Positions 41,761-50,111 of a stretch of 64,000 bases of DNA are shown here, in pieces; the stretch's first letter is position 1; every line of letters begins with the position of its first letter. The position numbers were made by a program, and so were the translations under genes. The notes below the pieces were generated by a model that saw nothing but the letters and a program-made list of their open reading frames with translations, was not told the origin of the DNA and did not search any database. Source of the stretch: Alphaproteobacteria bacterium (GTDB lineage: Bacteria > Pseudomonadota > Alphaproteobacteria > Bin95); NCBI GenBank assembly GCA_022825195.1, contig JAJDYL010000180.1, forward strand, positions 9,604-73,603, given 5' to 3'.

Positions 41761-42918
41761 ATGCCTGCCCCGTTGCGCTTCGGCATTTTCCTCGCCCCCT
41801 TCCACCCGTTGAACGAGAACCCCACGGCCTGCCTCGACCGCGACATGGAACTGATCGAGCATCTCGACCGGCTCGGTTACCACGAGGCCTGGGTCGGCGA
41901 GCACCATTCGGGCGGTTTCGAGATCATCGCCTGCCCCGAGTTGTTCATTGCCGCGGCCGCCGAGCGGACCCGTCATATCCGGCTCGGCACCGGCGTCGTC
42001 TCCCTGCCCTATCACCATCCCTTCGCGCTGGCCGACCGGATGGTGCAGCTCGACCACATGACGAAGGGGCGAGCCATGTTCGGCGTGGGGCCGGGGGCGC
42101 TGGCGGGCGATGCTTTCCGCATGGGAATCGAGCCGCGCGAACAGCGCCGCATGATGAACGAGGCCATCGACGCGCTGATGGCGCTGCTCCGGGGCGAGCG
42201 GGTTTCGATGAAGACGGACTGGTTCGAGCTCCGCGAGGCGCAGCTCCAGATGCCGAACTACACCTGGCCGCACATGGAGATGGCGGTGGCCTGCGCGCGC
42301 TCGCCGGCGGGCGGACTGGCGGCCGGCCGCCACGGACTCGGCATGCTCTCCATCGGCGGCACCTCGGCCGAGGCGCTGGAGGCGCACGCCAACAACTGGA
42401 AGCTCTGCGAGTGGGCGGCGGCCGAGAACGGCCAGACGGTGGACCGCGCGAACTGGCGCATCGTCACGCTGGCCCACATCGCCGAGACGCGCGAGCAGGC
42501 TTGCCGGAACGTCGAATTCGGCCTCGAACTCTGGGCCAGATATTTCCGCGAGATCGCGACCTTCCCGATCGTGCCGCCGGAGATCGACGACCCGGTGCGC
42601 TACCTGACGGAGAACCGCATGGCGGTCATCGGCACGCCCGATGACATGATCGAGCATATCGAACTGCTGCAGGAGGGTTCGGGCGGCTTCGGCGCCTTCC
42701 TTGAGCTGGCGCACAACTGGGCCGACTTCCCGGCGACCAAGCGCCATTTCGAGCTGGTGCAGCGCTATGTGATGCCGCATTTCCACGGCTCGAACACGCT
42801 CAGGCAGGAATCCTACGACTACAGCCACGAGAACCGGGAACTCTTCGTCGGCGCCGCCGCCGAAGCCATCTCCGCCGAAATCGCCAGGGAAGAAGCCCGC
42901 AAGGCCGCGGCGGAGTGA
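41761..42918 (+). CDS. LLM-class (luciferase-like) flavin-dependent monooxygenase
   Basis: The internal ATG at 41761 gives MPAPLRFGIFLAPFHP...GYHEAWVGEHHSGGFE, typical of luciferase-like monooxygenases. Confidence 0.8.
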   Translation: MPAPLRFGIFLAPFHPLNENPTACLDRDMELIEHLDRLGYHEAWVGEHHSGGFEIIACPELFIAAAAERTRHIRLGTGVVSLPYHHPFALADRMVQLDHMTKGRAMFGVGPGALAGDAFRMGIEPREQRRMMNEAIDALMALLRGERVSMKTDWFELREAQLQMPNYTWPHMEMAVACARSPAGGLAAGRHGLGMLSIGGTSAEALEAHANNWKLCEWAAAENGQTVDRANWRIVTLAHIAETREQACRNVEFGLELWARYFREIATFPIVPPEIDDPVRYLTENRMAVIGTPDDMIEHIELLQEGSGGFGAFLELAHNWADFPATKRHFELVQRYVMPHFHGSNTLRQESYDYSHENRELFVGAAAEAISAEIAREEARKAAAE

Positions 42919-42957
42919 GGCGGGCCGACAGCCGCTCATCGCCAGGAGGCGCGGCAC

Positions 42958-44079
42958 ATGGCCAGGAAACGCGAGAACTTCAGGGAGGACGTTCCCGGCA
43001 GGGCGAATGTCGCGGATACGCCGGAGCGTCTGGCCTATTACGACGAGCTGGACGGACTCGACGCCGGCGCCCTGTGGACGGTCGCCAACAGGATCGAACC
43101 CTGGGAGCCCGTCTCGCAGTCCGTCCCCGTCGTCTGGCGCTACCGCGAGCTGCGCGGTCACGTGCTGCGGTCCCTCGACCTGGTGACACCCGAGGAGGCG
43201 GGCCGCCGCGTCGTCTATCTCAACAATCCCGGCCGGACCGAGGTGGCGGCGGCGGTGGGCTGGATCTATGCCGGGCTGCAGGCGATGAACCCCGGCGAGG
43301 CCGCGAGCGCGCACCGTCACTCGGCCTCCGCGATCCGCTTCATCATGGAGGGCGACGGCGCCTACACGGTCGTGGACGGGCACAAGATGACGCTCGGCAG
43401 GAACGATTTCGTGCTGACCCCGAACGGCACCTGGCACGAGCACGGGGTCGAGGCGGCGGGAACCGCCTGCATCTGGCAGGACGGCCTCGATATCCCGTTC
43501 GTCAACGCCATGGAGGCGAATTTCTACGAGGTGCATCCCGACCTCGCCCAGGCCGTGGCATACGAAGTCGACGACGTGACGGGCACCTGGAGCCATCCCG
43601 GGCTGACGCCAGGCGGCGGCGCCTGGACAAAAGGCTATTCGCCCCTGTTCAAATATGAGTGGCAGCGGACCTACGAAGCGCTCCGCAGCTATGCCGGCTG
43701 CACCGACGGCTCGCCCCATGACGGGGTGTTGATGGAATATGTGAACCCGGCCACCAACGGCCCCGTGATGCAGACGATGGGGGCCAGCATGCAAATGCTG
43801 CGGCCGGGCGAGCGCACGAAGGCGCACCGCCACACCGGCAGCTTCCTCTACCAGTGCGCGAAGGGAAGCGGCCATTCGGTCATCGACGGCAGGCGCTACG
43901 ACTGGTCCGAGCGCGACATCTTCTGCGTGCCCTCATGGGCATGGCACGAGCACGCCAACGCCTCGGACACGGACGACGCCTGCCTGTTCTGCCTCTCGGA
44001 CCTCCCGGTCATGCGGGCGCTGGGCCTCTACCGCGAACAGGCCTTCGGCGACAATGGCGGCCGGCAGCCGCTTGTTTGA
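42958..44079 (+). CDS. Bicupin dioxygenase, gentisate 1,2-dioxygenase-like
   Basis: A 373-aa ORF with two cupin modules containing His motifs (AHRHSASAIRFIMEG ... WHEH, and AHRHTGSFLYQCAKG ... WHEH). Confidence 0.7.
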   Translation: MARKRENFREDVPGRANVADTPERLAYYDELDGLDAGALWTVANRIEPWEPVSQSVPVVWRYRELRGHVLRSLDLVTPEEAGRRVVYLNNPGRTEVAAAVGWIYAGLQAMNPGEAASAHRHSASAIRFIMEGDGAYTVVDGHKMTLGRNDFVLTPNGTWHEHGVEAAGTACIWQDGLDIPFVNAMEANFYEVHPDLAQAVAYEVDDVTGTWSHPGLTPGGGAWTKGYSPLFKYEWQRTYEALRSYAGCTDGSPHDGVLMEYVNPATNGPVMQTMGASMQMLRPGERTKAHRHTGSFLYQCAKGSGHSVIDGRRYDWSERDIFCVPSWAWHEHANASDTDDACLFCLSDLPVMRALGLYREQAFGDNGGRQPLV

Positions 44080-44286
44080 GGTTTTCGCCCATGATACTCA
44101 CCGCAATATGCGGTTTGTTCGCGAATGCAGATTTATTTCCTTGGAATGCTTGATCTCCGGGGAAATCATGCCAATATGGAGCGGGAGGACGGGAGCGGCA
44201 TCCATGGGGCCGCTCCGCCTTCCGGTTCGCGCCGGCGCGAAAAAAACCCGAAGAAACGCACGGGCGAAGTGCGCCCTCCGCCTCGC

Positions 44287-44320
44287 GCGCGCCTGCGCCC
44301 GGGCCCGGGCGCAGGCGCGC
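44287..44320. repeat. Perfect 34-bp GC-rich palindrome (gcgcgcctgcgcccggg|cccgggcgcaggcgcgc)
   Basis: I checked it base by base. The 17-bp arms pair perfectly and pairing breaks at 44286/44321. It lies in the 477-bp non-coding gap before the first integrase. Confidence 0.9.
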
Positions 44321-44489
44321 ACGCGATAGGCGCGAAACAGGGTCCGCGTCCCGGCCCGGCGCAAACGGCGGGGGCGCGGAGGGAACGAAATACAATGGAG
44401 GAGAGGCTGCCGCAGGGACGAAACATGACACATCATGGCGCACCTTCGGTGCTAACTGACTGACATGATTATGGATTTTCCCCGTTTCC

Positions 44490-44539
44490 GGTGCAACCGG
44501 GCGCGTGATCGAACCCGGTCCTGCACTCAGGTGCAACCG
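44490..44539 (+). promoter_or_regulatory. Two copies of ggtgcaaccg exactly 40 bp apart, 18-67 bp upstream of the int1 GTG (possible recombinase or regulator binding sites)
   Basis: The direct repeats are at 44490..44499 and 44530..44539. A 6-bp inverted repeat accggg/cccggt lies between them. Function is inferred only. Confidence 0.35.
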
Positions 44540-44556
44540 ATCGGGGAACCGCAATC

Positions 44557-45684
44557 GTGGCAGCCATCCGCCTCACCCAGCGCCGGGTCGATACCCTCCG
44601 GCCCCGCAAGACCGTCCGCAATGTCAGGGACACCGAACTGAAGGGATACGGCGTGCGCATCATGCCTTCGGGCAGGAAGCGCTACTTCATTCACAGCCAG
44701 CACCGGGGCCATCGGGTCTGGAAGATCGTCGGCGATGCGGCGGTCATGAGCGAGGCCGAGGCGCGCGCCCGCGCCCGTTCCATGCTCGCCGCCCTTCGCG
44801 ACGACAGGGACATCGAGGCGGACATGTCCGGCGATGTGCCGTTCGAGACCGTCGCCGAGGAAGTCTTCTCCCGCTATGGCAGGCGCTGGAAGCCGCGTAC
44901 GCTCGCGGCCAACCGGCGCTATCTCCACGACCAGCTCCTGCCCTTCTTCGCGGGCCGGCCTGTTGCGGACATCACCCGCGAGGAGGTGCAGCGCTGGTTC
45001 CGCTCGCTGCATGCGGTGCCGGCGGCGGCGAACCGTTCCGCGCCGGTCCTGTCCGTCATCATGCAGCAGGCCGAGGCATGGGGGTATCGTCCCGATGGCG
45101 GCAATCCCTGCAAGGGCATCCGGCGCTACCGGCAGAAGCGGTCGGAGCGTTTCCTGTTCCCGGAGGAATACCGCCGCCTCGGCAGGGCGCTGGAGCGGCA
45201 TGAGGCCCGACAGCCGTTCCGGGTCGCGGCCCTGCGCCTGCTGCTGCTGACCGGCTGCCGGAAGTCGGAGATCATCGGCCTCGAATGGCGCTTCTACCGC
45301 GACGGCAGGCTCTATCTCGCCGACAGCAAGACGGGTCCCCGCACGGTCTGGCTGTGCGGCGCGGCGCGGGAGGTCCTCGACGGGCTGCCGCGTTCGTCGC
45401 GCTTCGTGTTCCCCATTGGAGGCTGGAGCGCGCCCTGGGGCTGGCTGGACGGCTTCTGGATGCAGTTGCGCGCCGAGGCGGGCCTTGAGGATGTCCGCCT
45501 TCATGACACCCGCCATTCCTTCGCCAGCATGGCGTTGTCGAGCGGCGAGACGATCCGCACGGTGGGGCGGCTTCTGGGCCATGTGAATGCGGCGACCACG
45601 CTGAAATACGCGCATCTGTCCGACGCGGCGGTCAGGGAGACGGTCGAGACGCTGGCGCCGCTGCTGTCGGGGTCGCAGTCATGA
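44557..45684 (+). CDS. Tyrosine-type site-specific recombinase/integrase with DUF4102-like arm-binding N-terminus (int1)
   Basis: A 375-aa ORF with a GTG start. The N-terminus LTQRRVDTLRPRKTVRNVRDTELKGYGVRIMPSGRKRYF is the P4-like arm domain. The catalytic region has LLLLTGCRKSEI (R), HDTRHSFAS (HxxR) and LGHVNAATTLKYAHL (H..Y). Confidence 0.9.
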   Translation: MAAIRLTQRRVDTLRPRKTVRNVRDTELKGYGVRIMPSGRKRYFIHSQHRGHRVWKIVGDAAVMSEAEARARARSMLAALRDDRDIEADMSGDVPFETVAEEVFSRYGRRWKPRTLAANRRYLHDQLLPFFAGRPVADITREEVQRWFRSLHAVPAAANRSAPVLSVIMQQAEAWGYRPDGGNPCKGIRRYRQKRSERFLFPEEYRRLGRALERHEARQPFRVAALRLLLLTGCRKSEIIGLEWRFYRDGRLYLADSKTGPRTVWLCGAAREVLDGLPRSSRFVFPIGGWSAPWGWLDGFWMQLRAEAGLEDVRLHDTRHSFASMALSSGETIRTVGRLLGHVNAATTLKYAHLSDAAVRETVETLAPLLSGSQS

Positions 45685-46847
45685 CGGAGAGGGCAAGGAA
45701 GGTCCGCCTGACGGATGCTGGCGTTGCACGATTGAAGCCGGGCGGCACGGAATACATCGTCCGGGACAGCCGCCTTGCCGGGCTTGGCGTGAGGGTCCGT
45801 CCTTCCGGGCATCGCAGTTTCGTGTGGCGCGGGACCGTGGACGGCAGGGCGGTGCGGACGACCATCGGCCCGGCCCGGCTGATGACGGTGGAGCAAGCCC
45901 GCAAGGAGTGCCGGGCCATGCTCGACGGCGCCCATCCGCAGATTGGCGGAGAAGGCGCAAGGCGGGCTGCGGTTCCCCTCTTCCGGGAGTTCGTCGCGGA
46001 AGGCTGGCTGCCTGCCTGTCGGGGCCGTTACAACACGCGCTGGCGCAAGCATTGCGAGCGCATGGTGCAGCGCCAGCTTCTGCCCGCCTTCGGCGCGCTG
46101 CGCCTCGACCGTCTCAAGAGGCCGCGTGTCGAGCGTTGGTTCGACGAGCTCAGCCGCAAGACGCCGGGCGCGGCCAACATGGGGCTCGGCCTGCTGCGCC
46201 GGATCATGGCGGCGGCCGTCGCCGCCGGTCATGTGCAGCACAATCCGGCGCAGGACATCCGGATGAACCCGGGCAGGAAGATGACCCGCTTCCTGTCGGC
46301 GGAGGAGATCGCCCGGCTTCACCGCACTCTCGACCGGCTTGAAGAGGAACGGCCCTCGCGGCAGGCGCAGGCCGATATCATCCGCCTGCTGCTGCTGACC
46401 GGCTGCCGCAAGAGCGAAATCCTCAGGCTGAGATGGTCGGAGGTGGACAGGGACACGCTCAGGCTGGCGCAAGCCAAGACGGGACCGCGCACGGTGTGGC
46501 TGAGCGAGGCGGCGCAGGCCATCATCGCGCGACAGCCAAGGACGGGAGGGGCATATGTCTTTCCGTCTCCCCGAAATCCGGCGGGGCCGCTGTCCCCCAA
46601 TCTCCATTTCTGGCTTCGGGCACGGCGGGAGGCCGGCCTTGAGGATGTGCGCCTGCACGACCTGCGCCACACGGTAGCGAGCCAGGCCGTGGCCAGGGGC
46701 GTGCCGCTGCCGACCGTCGCCCGCATGCTCGGACATGCGCAGCCCACGATGACCCTCAGATATGCCCATGTTGGAGACCACGAAGTCGAAGCCGCCACCG
46801 AGCGCATCGGGTTGAAAATCGCGGCGGCGATGGGATACAACAAGTAA
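45681..46847 (+). CDS. Tyrosine-type site-specific recombinase/integrase with DUF4102-like N-terminus (int2)
   Basis: A 388-aa ORF. The ATG overlaps the int1 TGA (ATGA). It has the same motif set: LLLLTGCRKSEI, HDLRHTVAS and LGHAQPTMTLRYAHV. Confidence 0.9.
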   Translation: MTERARKVRLTDAGVARLKPGGTEYIVRDSRLAGLGVRVRPSGHRSFVWRGTVDGRAVRTTIGPARLMTVEQARKECRAMLDGAHPQIGGEGARRAAVPLFREFVAEGWLPACRGRYNTRWRKHCERMVQRQLLPAFGALRLDRLKRPRVERWFDELSRKTPGAANMGLGLLRRIMAAAVAAGHVQHNPAQDIRMNPGRKMTRFLSAEEIARLHRTLDRLEEERPSRQAQADIIRLLLLTGCRKSEILRLRWSEVDRDTLRLAQAKTGPRTVWLSEAAQAIIARQPRTGGAYVFPSPRNPAGPLSPNLHFWLRARREAGLEDVRLHDLRHTVASQAVARGVPLPTVARMLGHAQPTMTLRYAHVGDHEVEAATERIGLKIAAAMGYNK

Positions 46848-46940
46848 CAGAAATGGTTCCAAGGGCGCGGCGGCACCGGCCCGAAGCCGAGTGCATGATC
46901 CTGCGATGCGAACAGGCGAAATGCGCACCCAAGCTCGTTT

Positions 46941-46958
46941 GATTGCCAATTGGCAATC
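46941..46958. promoter_or_regulatory. Perfect 18-bp palindrome GATTGCCAATTGGCAATC, 42 bp upstream of the 47000 ATG (operator-like)
   Basis: The sequence is verified as its own reverse complement. It sits at the GC drop immediately after int2. Confidence 0.5.
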
Positions 46959-46999
46959 CGGTATAGGGGCAGCTCGCAACCTGCTAGGGAAGGGCGACC

Positions 47000-47524
47000 A
47001 TGCGCCGATTGATCCAGATAATAATCCTCATTGCGGGCACGCTTATAGCGGAAGCGGCGGTAACAGCAACAGTCAGCGACCAAGAACGTTTCCAGCTATG
47101 GAACGACTGCAAAGGATTGCACTTACAAATTGTTGTAAAGCCTCCTGTTCTTATAGAACAAATTGGTATTTCAAAAGAACGGATCGAAAATCATCTGCGT
47201 GACAAATTGCGTGCGGAACGAATTTATGTCACGGAAACACTCCCAAGTGGAAACATGGTGTTTTTCCTTTTTCTGAAGGGGGAAGTAAAAACAAAGACTG
47301 TAGCAAATCATGAATATAAAAATATTGCGTACGGTATTATGGGAGGTTTCTGGAAGCAATTCCCGGAATTGGAACACCCCACCATCACTTTTTTTGATTT
47401 CGGAGCAGGTTATAGGACTAATCCAGACCCCCGGTCGATAGAAGCAGTGGCTGTCTCATACGGTAGACTTTTCATCGACAATTACCTCCGCGTGAACGCG
47501 GCCGCCTGCAAGAATTCAAACTAA
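47000..47524 (+). CDS. Hypothetical secreted protein (signal peptide), low-GC cargo
   Basis: A 174-aa ORF with an N-terminal hydrophobic signal (MRRLIQIIILIAGTLIAEAAV) and a plausible SD (GGGAAGGG). A strong terminator follows. I recognise no family. Confidence 0.6.
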   Translation: MRRLIQIIILIAGTLIAEAAVTATVSDQERFQLWNDCKGLHLQIVVKPPVLIEQIGISKERIENHLRDKLRAERIYVTETLPSGNMVFFLFLKGEVKTKTVANHEYKNIAYGIMGGFWKQFPELEHPTITFFDFGAGYRTNPDPRSIEAVAVSYGRLFIDNYLRVNAAACKNSN

Positions 47525-47536
47525 CCCGCTGCAAAT

Positions 47537-47575
47537 GAAACCTCGCCACCGGAAACGGTAGCGAGGTTTCTTTTG
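47537..47575 (+). terminator. Rho-independent terminator
   Basis: The 10-bp stem gaaacctcgc / gcgaggtttc (47537..47546 and 47561..47570) is followed by TTTT. Confidence 0.75.
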
Positions 47576-47618
47576 GATTACCTGCTCGGGCGGGCTGACG
47601 AGATTATTGGAATACGGT

Positions 47619-47867
47619 TTAGCTCAATGAGTCACGTTTATGATTGTAATTGAGACCTATATGCCAGTTTTCATCATCCTCAACCCGTAGGTCTGCCTTT
47701 ATATTGTTGTCTCCGCTTTTTTCGCCTTCCGACGAAAATCCCGCCATTGCTTTGATAATGGGCCGGGGCAAATTCAGATTTGGTGGGGGTGCCATTTTCG
47801 GAGTCTTGAGCGCGACAAGCACCGCGATTAGTTCATCGATAGTCAAATCTTTATCGATATGATGCAT
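47619..47867 (-). CDS. Hypothetical small protein (82 aa)
   Basis: An AT-rich ORF lying 51 bp downstream of the lipocalin-like gene on the same strand. The SD is weak and I recognise no motif. Confidence 0.4.
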   Translation of the reverse strand: MHHIDKDLTIDELIAVLVALKTPKMAPPPNLNLPRPIIKAMAGFSSEGEKSGDNNIKADLRVEDDENWHIGLNYNHKRDSLS

Positions 47868-47918
47868 GGGACCGCTTCTTTTCTGTTTGCGGTTTCAGTT
47901 ATCGAGAAAAGAAAGCCA

Positions 47919-48467
47919 CTAATCGATCCTTATGTATTTCTCAACAATTTCGGATTTTGGACAAGAAGAATATGTGTTGGTTGCATAATGAATTAAGTAA
48001 TTTGATTTAATTTCAAAAGAATAAGTGATTTGCTCTTTTTTCAACTTTTCTACGAACCTCATAAAACGCTTCTGTCCCTCATGAACATCACTCTTTTTAT
48101 AACCCTTTTCATGCAGTTGAACCGCTCGATTCATCACCTGGGACACTTCAGGACAATTTGGCGACTTTATATCCAAAAAGGGGCCCTGTGTTATTTGAGA
48201 GCCTTTCCTCGAATAGTTTGTGCTTATATGCACTGAGCAATTTGATTTCCCTACCGCTTTGCTATAATCACTAATTCGCGTTACGCTTGCTTTCCCATAA
48301 ACTAGCCGAATTGAAAATGCTGGTTCCTCTATTCCATCTTCATTGCCTCGGCAGTAACCGCCAATCAGTTCCCAGGTCCCCATAATTGGGTGTTCCTGCC
48401 CGGCTGCATTGCCGGACAGCGCGAAGGCCATGCCGCACAATGCGAGCGCGCCGAAGATCGTCTTCAT
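47919..48467 (-). CDS. Hypothetical secreted protein with lipocalin-like GTWEL motif
   Basis: The internal ATG at 48467 of ORF 47919..48704 gives a signal peptide MKTIFGALALCGMAFALSGNAAG followed by IMGTWELIGGYC. The mature protein has four Cys residues. The upstream 79 codons of the track ORF are a different reading of the small gene listed next. Confidence 0.6.
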   Translation of the reverse strand: MKTIFGALALCGMAFALSGNAAGQEHPIMGTWELIGGYCRGNEDGIEEPAFSIRLVYGKASVTRISDYSKAVGKSNCSVHISTNYSRKGSQITQGPFLDIKSPNCPEVSQVMNRAVQLHEKGYKKSDVHEGQKRFMRFVEKLKKEQITYSFEIKSNYLIHYATNTYSSCPKSEIVEKYIRID

Positions 48468-48619
48468 GCGGGCATGAAGTGCAGGATCAGCGCCGTAGCA
48501 ATGCCCACGATTGCGATCAATGCGAGGATCAGCCGGGTTTCGCGTTTGGCGCACTCGGTGTCGCGCTTCGCCATGTCTTCGGCGAGGCGCGCAATGTCGG
48601 TCTTGTATTCCGCCTGCAT
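48464..48619 (-). CDS. Unlisted 51-aa tail-anchored coiled-coil ORF
   Basis: It is below the ORF-track size cutoff. My translation is MQAEYKTDIARLAEDMAKRDTECAKRETRLILALIAIVGIATALILHFMPA. Its TGA overlaps the ATG of the downstream secreted protein (ATGA). An in-frame TAG lies 13 codons upstream, and alternative TTG starts are possible. Confidence 0.4.
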   Translation of the reverse strand: MQAEYKTDIARLAEDMAKRDTECAKRETRLILALIAIVGIATALILHFMPA

Positions 48620-49295
48620 GGTCTTCAAGCGCTCCTCCAAGCGGGCGATCCGCTAGGACAGCTCTTACGGCGTCGGCCCGTCCATCATGCGGCAATGCTC
48701 GCACGGGCGACGCGGGCGGGCAAGCGCCGGCGTCATCCTGCCGTCATACCAGCGTCAATCCGCGTCGCAGGCCATGCCGGGCGGGCATAAATGAGCGGCG
48801 GTCACATCCATGTGCAAGGTTGGTCATGCGCGCGCGAGGCCCGCCGCCGCGATTGCGCCATTGCGGATTCCCCGGCGCGCTCGGACGCTGAAATCCCGGC
48901 ACCTGGACGCTGCCAAGGTGGTTGATGGCACAGTCCGCAAGGGCAACGAGGCGAACGAGGTCGCCATGAACGGGCTGGATTGCGGCCGCCGTGTTAGTGC
49001 ATGGGACTACAGCGCGCTGGCTGATAGCCTCGCCCAGCTTCTCGGCTGGCAGGGCGACGCCTTCAAGAAGCTCGTCGCTGCGATGGAGTGCGTGGACAAA
49101 CCGCGGTGAACGCCGCCTGAAGGCTGGACTCCGTCCGAGAATCGGGCAACAAAGAGAATGCTGCCAGTTGGCGCTGGGCGGCGTGCGGCGTGTTCAAAAC
49201 CGAGAGGACACTCGGCAAATGGTCCGTGCAACGACAGCAGTCATAGCGACTCTGGCGGACCTGTTAAGTGCGCTCTCCGAGATAGGAGAACGACT

Positions 49296-49478
49296 ATGGC
49301 AAAGCGTCCCACTGGGCTTCCTCCCGGCACCAAGGCACCCCAATCCGGGCAATACCAGATGAACGGTCCGCGAGGCTGGAAGGGGCCGGAACGAACCGTC
49401 GTGCGCGGTGAACCGCTTCCACCAACCCTGAAACCTGGAAGCACCTACACGCTCGTCGATCCCACCCGAACCAAATAG
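49296..49478 (+). CDS. YjzC-like small protein (60 aa)
   Basis: The internal ATG of ORF 49158..49478 is preceded by AGGAGA. MAKRPTGLPPGTKAPQSGQYQMNGPRGWKGPERTVVRGEPLPPTLKPGSTYTLVD resembles the YjzC-like pattern (PGxKAPxSGxY ... GExxPPT ... W/YxLV) as I remember it. Confidence 0.5.
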   Translation: MAKRPTGLPPGTKAPQSGQYQMNGPRGWKGPERTVVRGEPLPPTLKPGSTYTLVDPTRTK

Positions 49479-49488
49479 AAGCAGAAAT

Positions 49489-50061
49489 ATGTCCCCGCAC
49501 ACGCAAGAGAGAGACATGACCAATCCCAATCGACGCACTGTTCTCAGAGGTGGCCTGATCGCCGCTGCTACCACTCCGTTGCTTGCCGGTGCCGCCAATG
49601 CGGACGGACACGTCGCGGCGTATCCTGTGATTGGCCAGAGAGTGGTACCCATGCGAGACCGAGTGATCGGCATTGGTGCTGCGAGCACCACGGCATCTAT
49701 TCGCTCGCTGTCTGCCGACATTCTTGCAGGAAAGGTGCAGTATTCCGATGAACTAATCGGCCAGCTTGTCTGGGCGTCTGATGCCGAGAGTACCGATCCT
49801 CGGGGCGCGGGGCCAGATCAGGTGCAGTATTTTCTAGCGCAGAGCAACCTCATTATGGACCAGGAGAGGAAGATGATGGATCTGCTGAGACAGTCCGAAC
49901 TCTATTGGGTGCAGAACAATCCCGTCTTCTTGCTTGTCGTCCCACCTGTAGCTGCAGCGGGCGCAGTGGGCGCTATCGTTATCTACCCATTCTTCCAAGG
50001 CTTCTTCCAGGAACTGGGATCAAGGGCAGCGGCCTGGTTATGGGACCAGCTAGTGGACTAG
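49489..50061 (+). CDS. Hypothetical Tat-signal protein with C-terminal hydrophobic anchor
   Basis: It has a twin-arginine motif NRRTVLRGGLIAAATTPLLAGAANA|DG and a C-terminal hydrophobic stretch NPVFLLVVPPVAAAGAVGAIVIYPFF. The start may be the ATG at 49516. Confidence 0.55.
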   Translation: MSPHTQERDMTNPNRRTVLRGGLIAAATTPLLAGAANADGHVAAYPVIGQRVVPMRDRVIGIGAASTTASIRSLSADILAGKVQYSDELIGQLVWASDAESTDPRGAGPDQVQYFLAQSNLIMDQERKMMDLLRQSELYWVQNNPVFLLVVPPVAAAGAVGAIVIYPFFQGFFQELGSRAAAWLWDQLVD

Positions 50062-50111
50062 GCACGGCCGTAGCTGCGCGATCAACTCGATATGGACTTG
50101 AAGGGGAACGC

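Noticed and set aside
44481-44540. A tRNA-like fragment on the minus strand (ccgGGTTCGATCacgcg...).
   Set aside because: The GGTTCGATC string resembles a T-loop. However, the flanking bases do not form a 5-bp T stem with a 7-nt loop, and no acceptor stem can be built.
44009-44554. ORFs in the pre-integrase gap (44009..44554(-), 44125..44463(+) and others), considered as a possible excisionase or AlpA gene.
   Set aside because: The translations are Arg/Pro/Gly-rich with no HTH or MerR-like segment. The region is dominated by palindromes, which generate symmetric pseudo-ORFs on both strands.
48620-49295. ORFs 48386..48790, 48511..48891, 48810..49109 and 48991..49362 in the divergent region between the two cargo operons.
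   Set aside because: They have no SD, show Arg-rich or incoherent translations, and overlap one another. 48991..49362 overlaps the better-supported YjzC-like gene out of frame. A fragment (...WDYSALADSLAQLLGWQGDAFKKLVAAMECV) might be a gene remnant but is unsupported.
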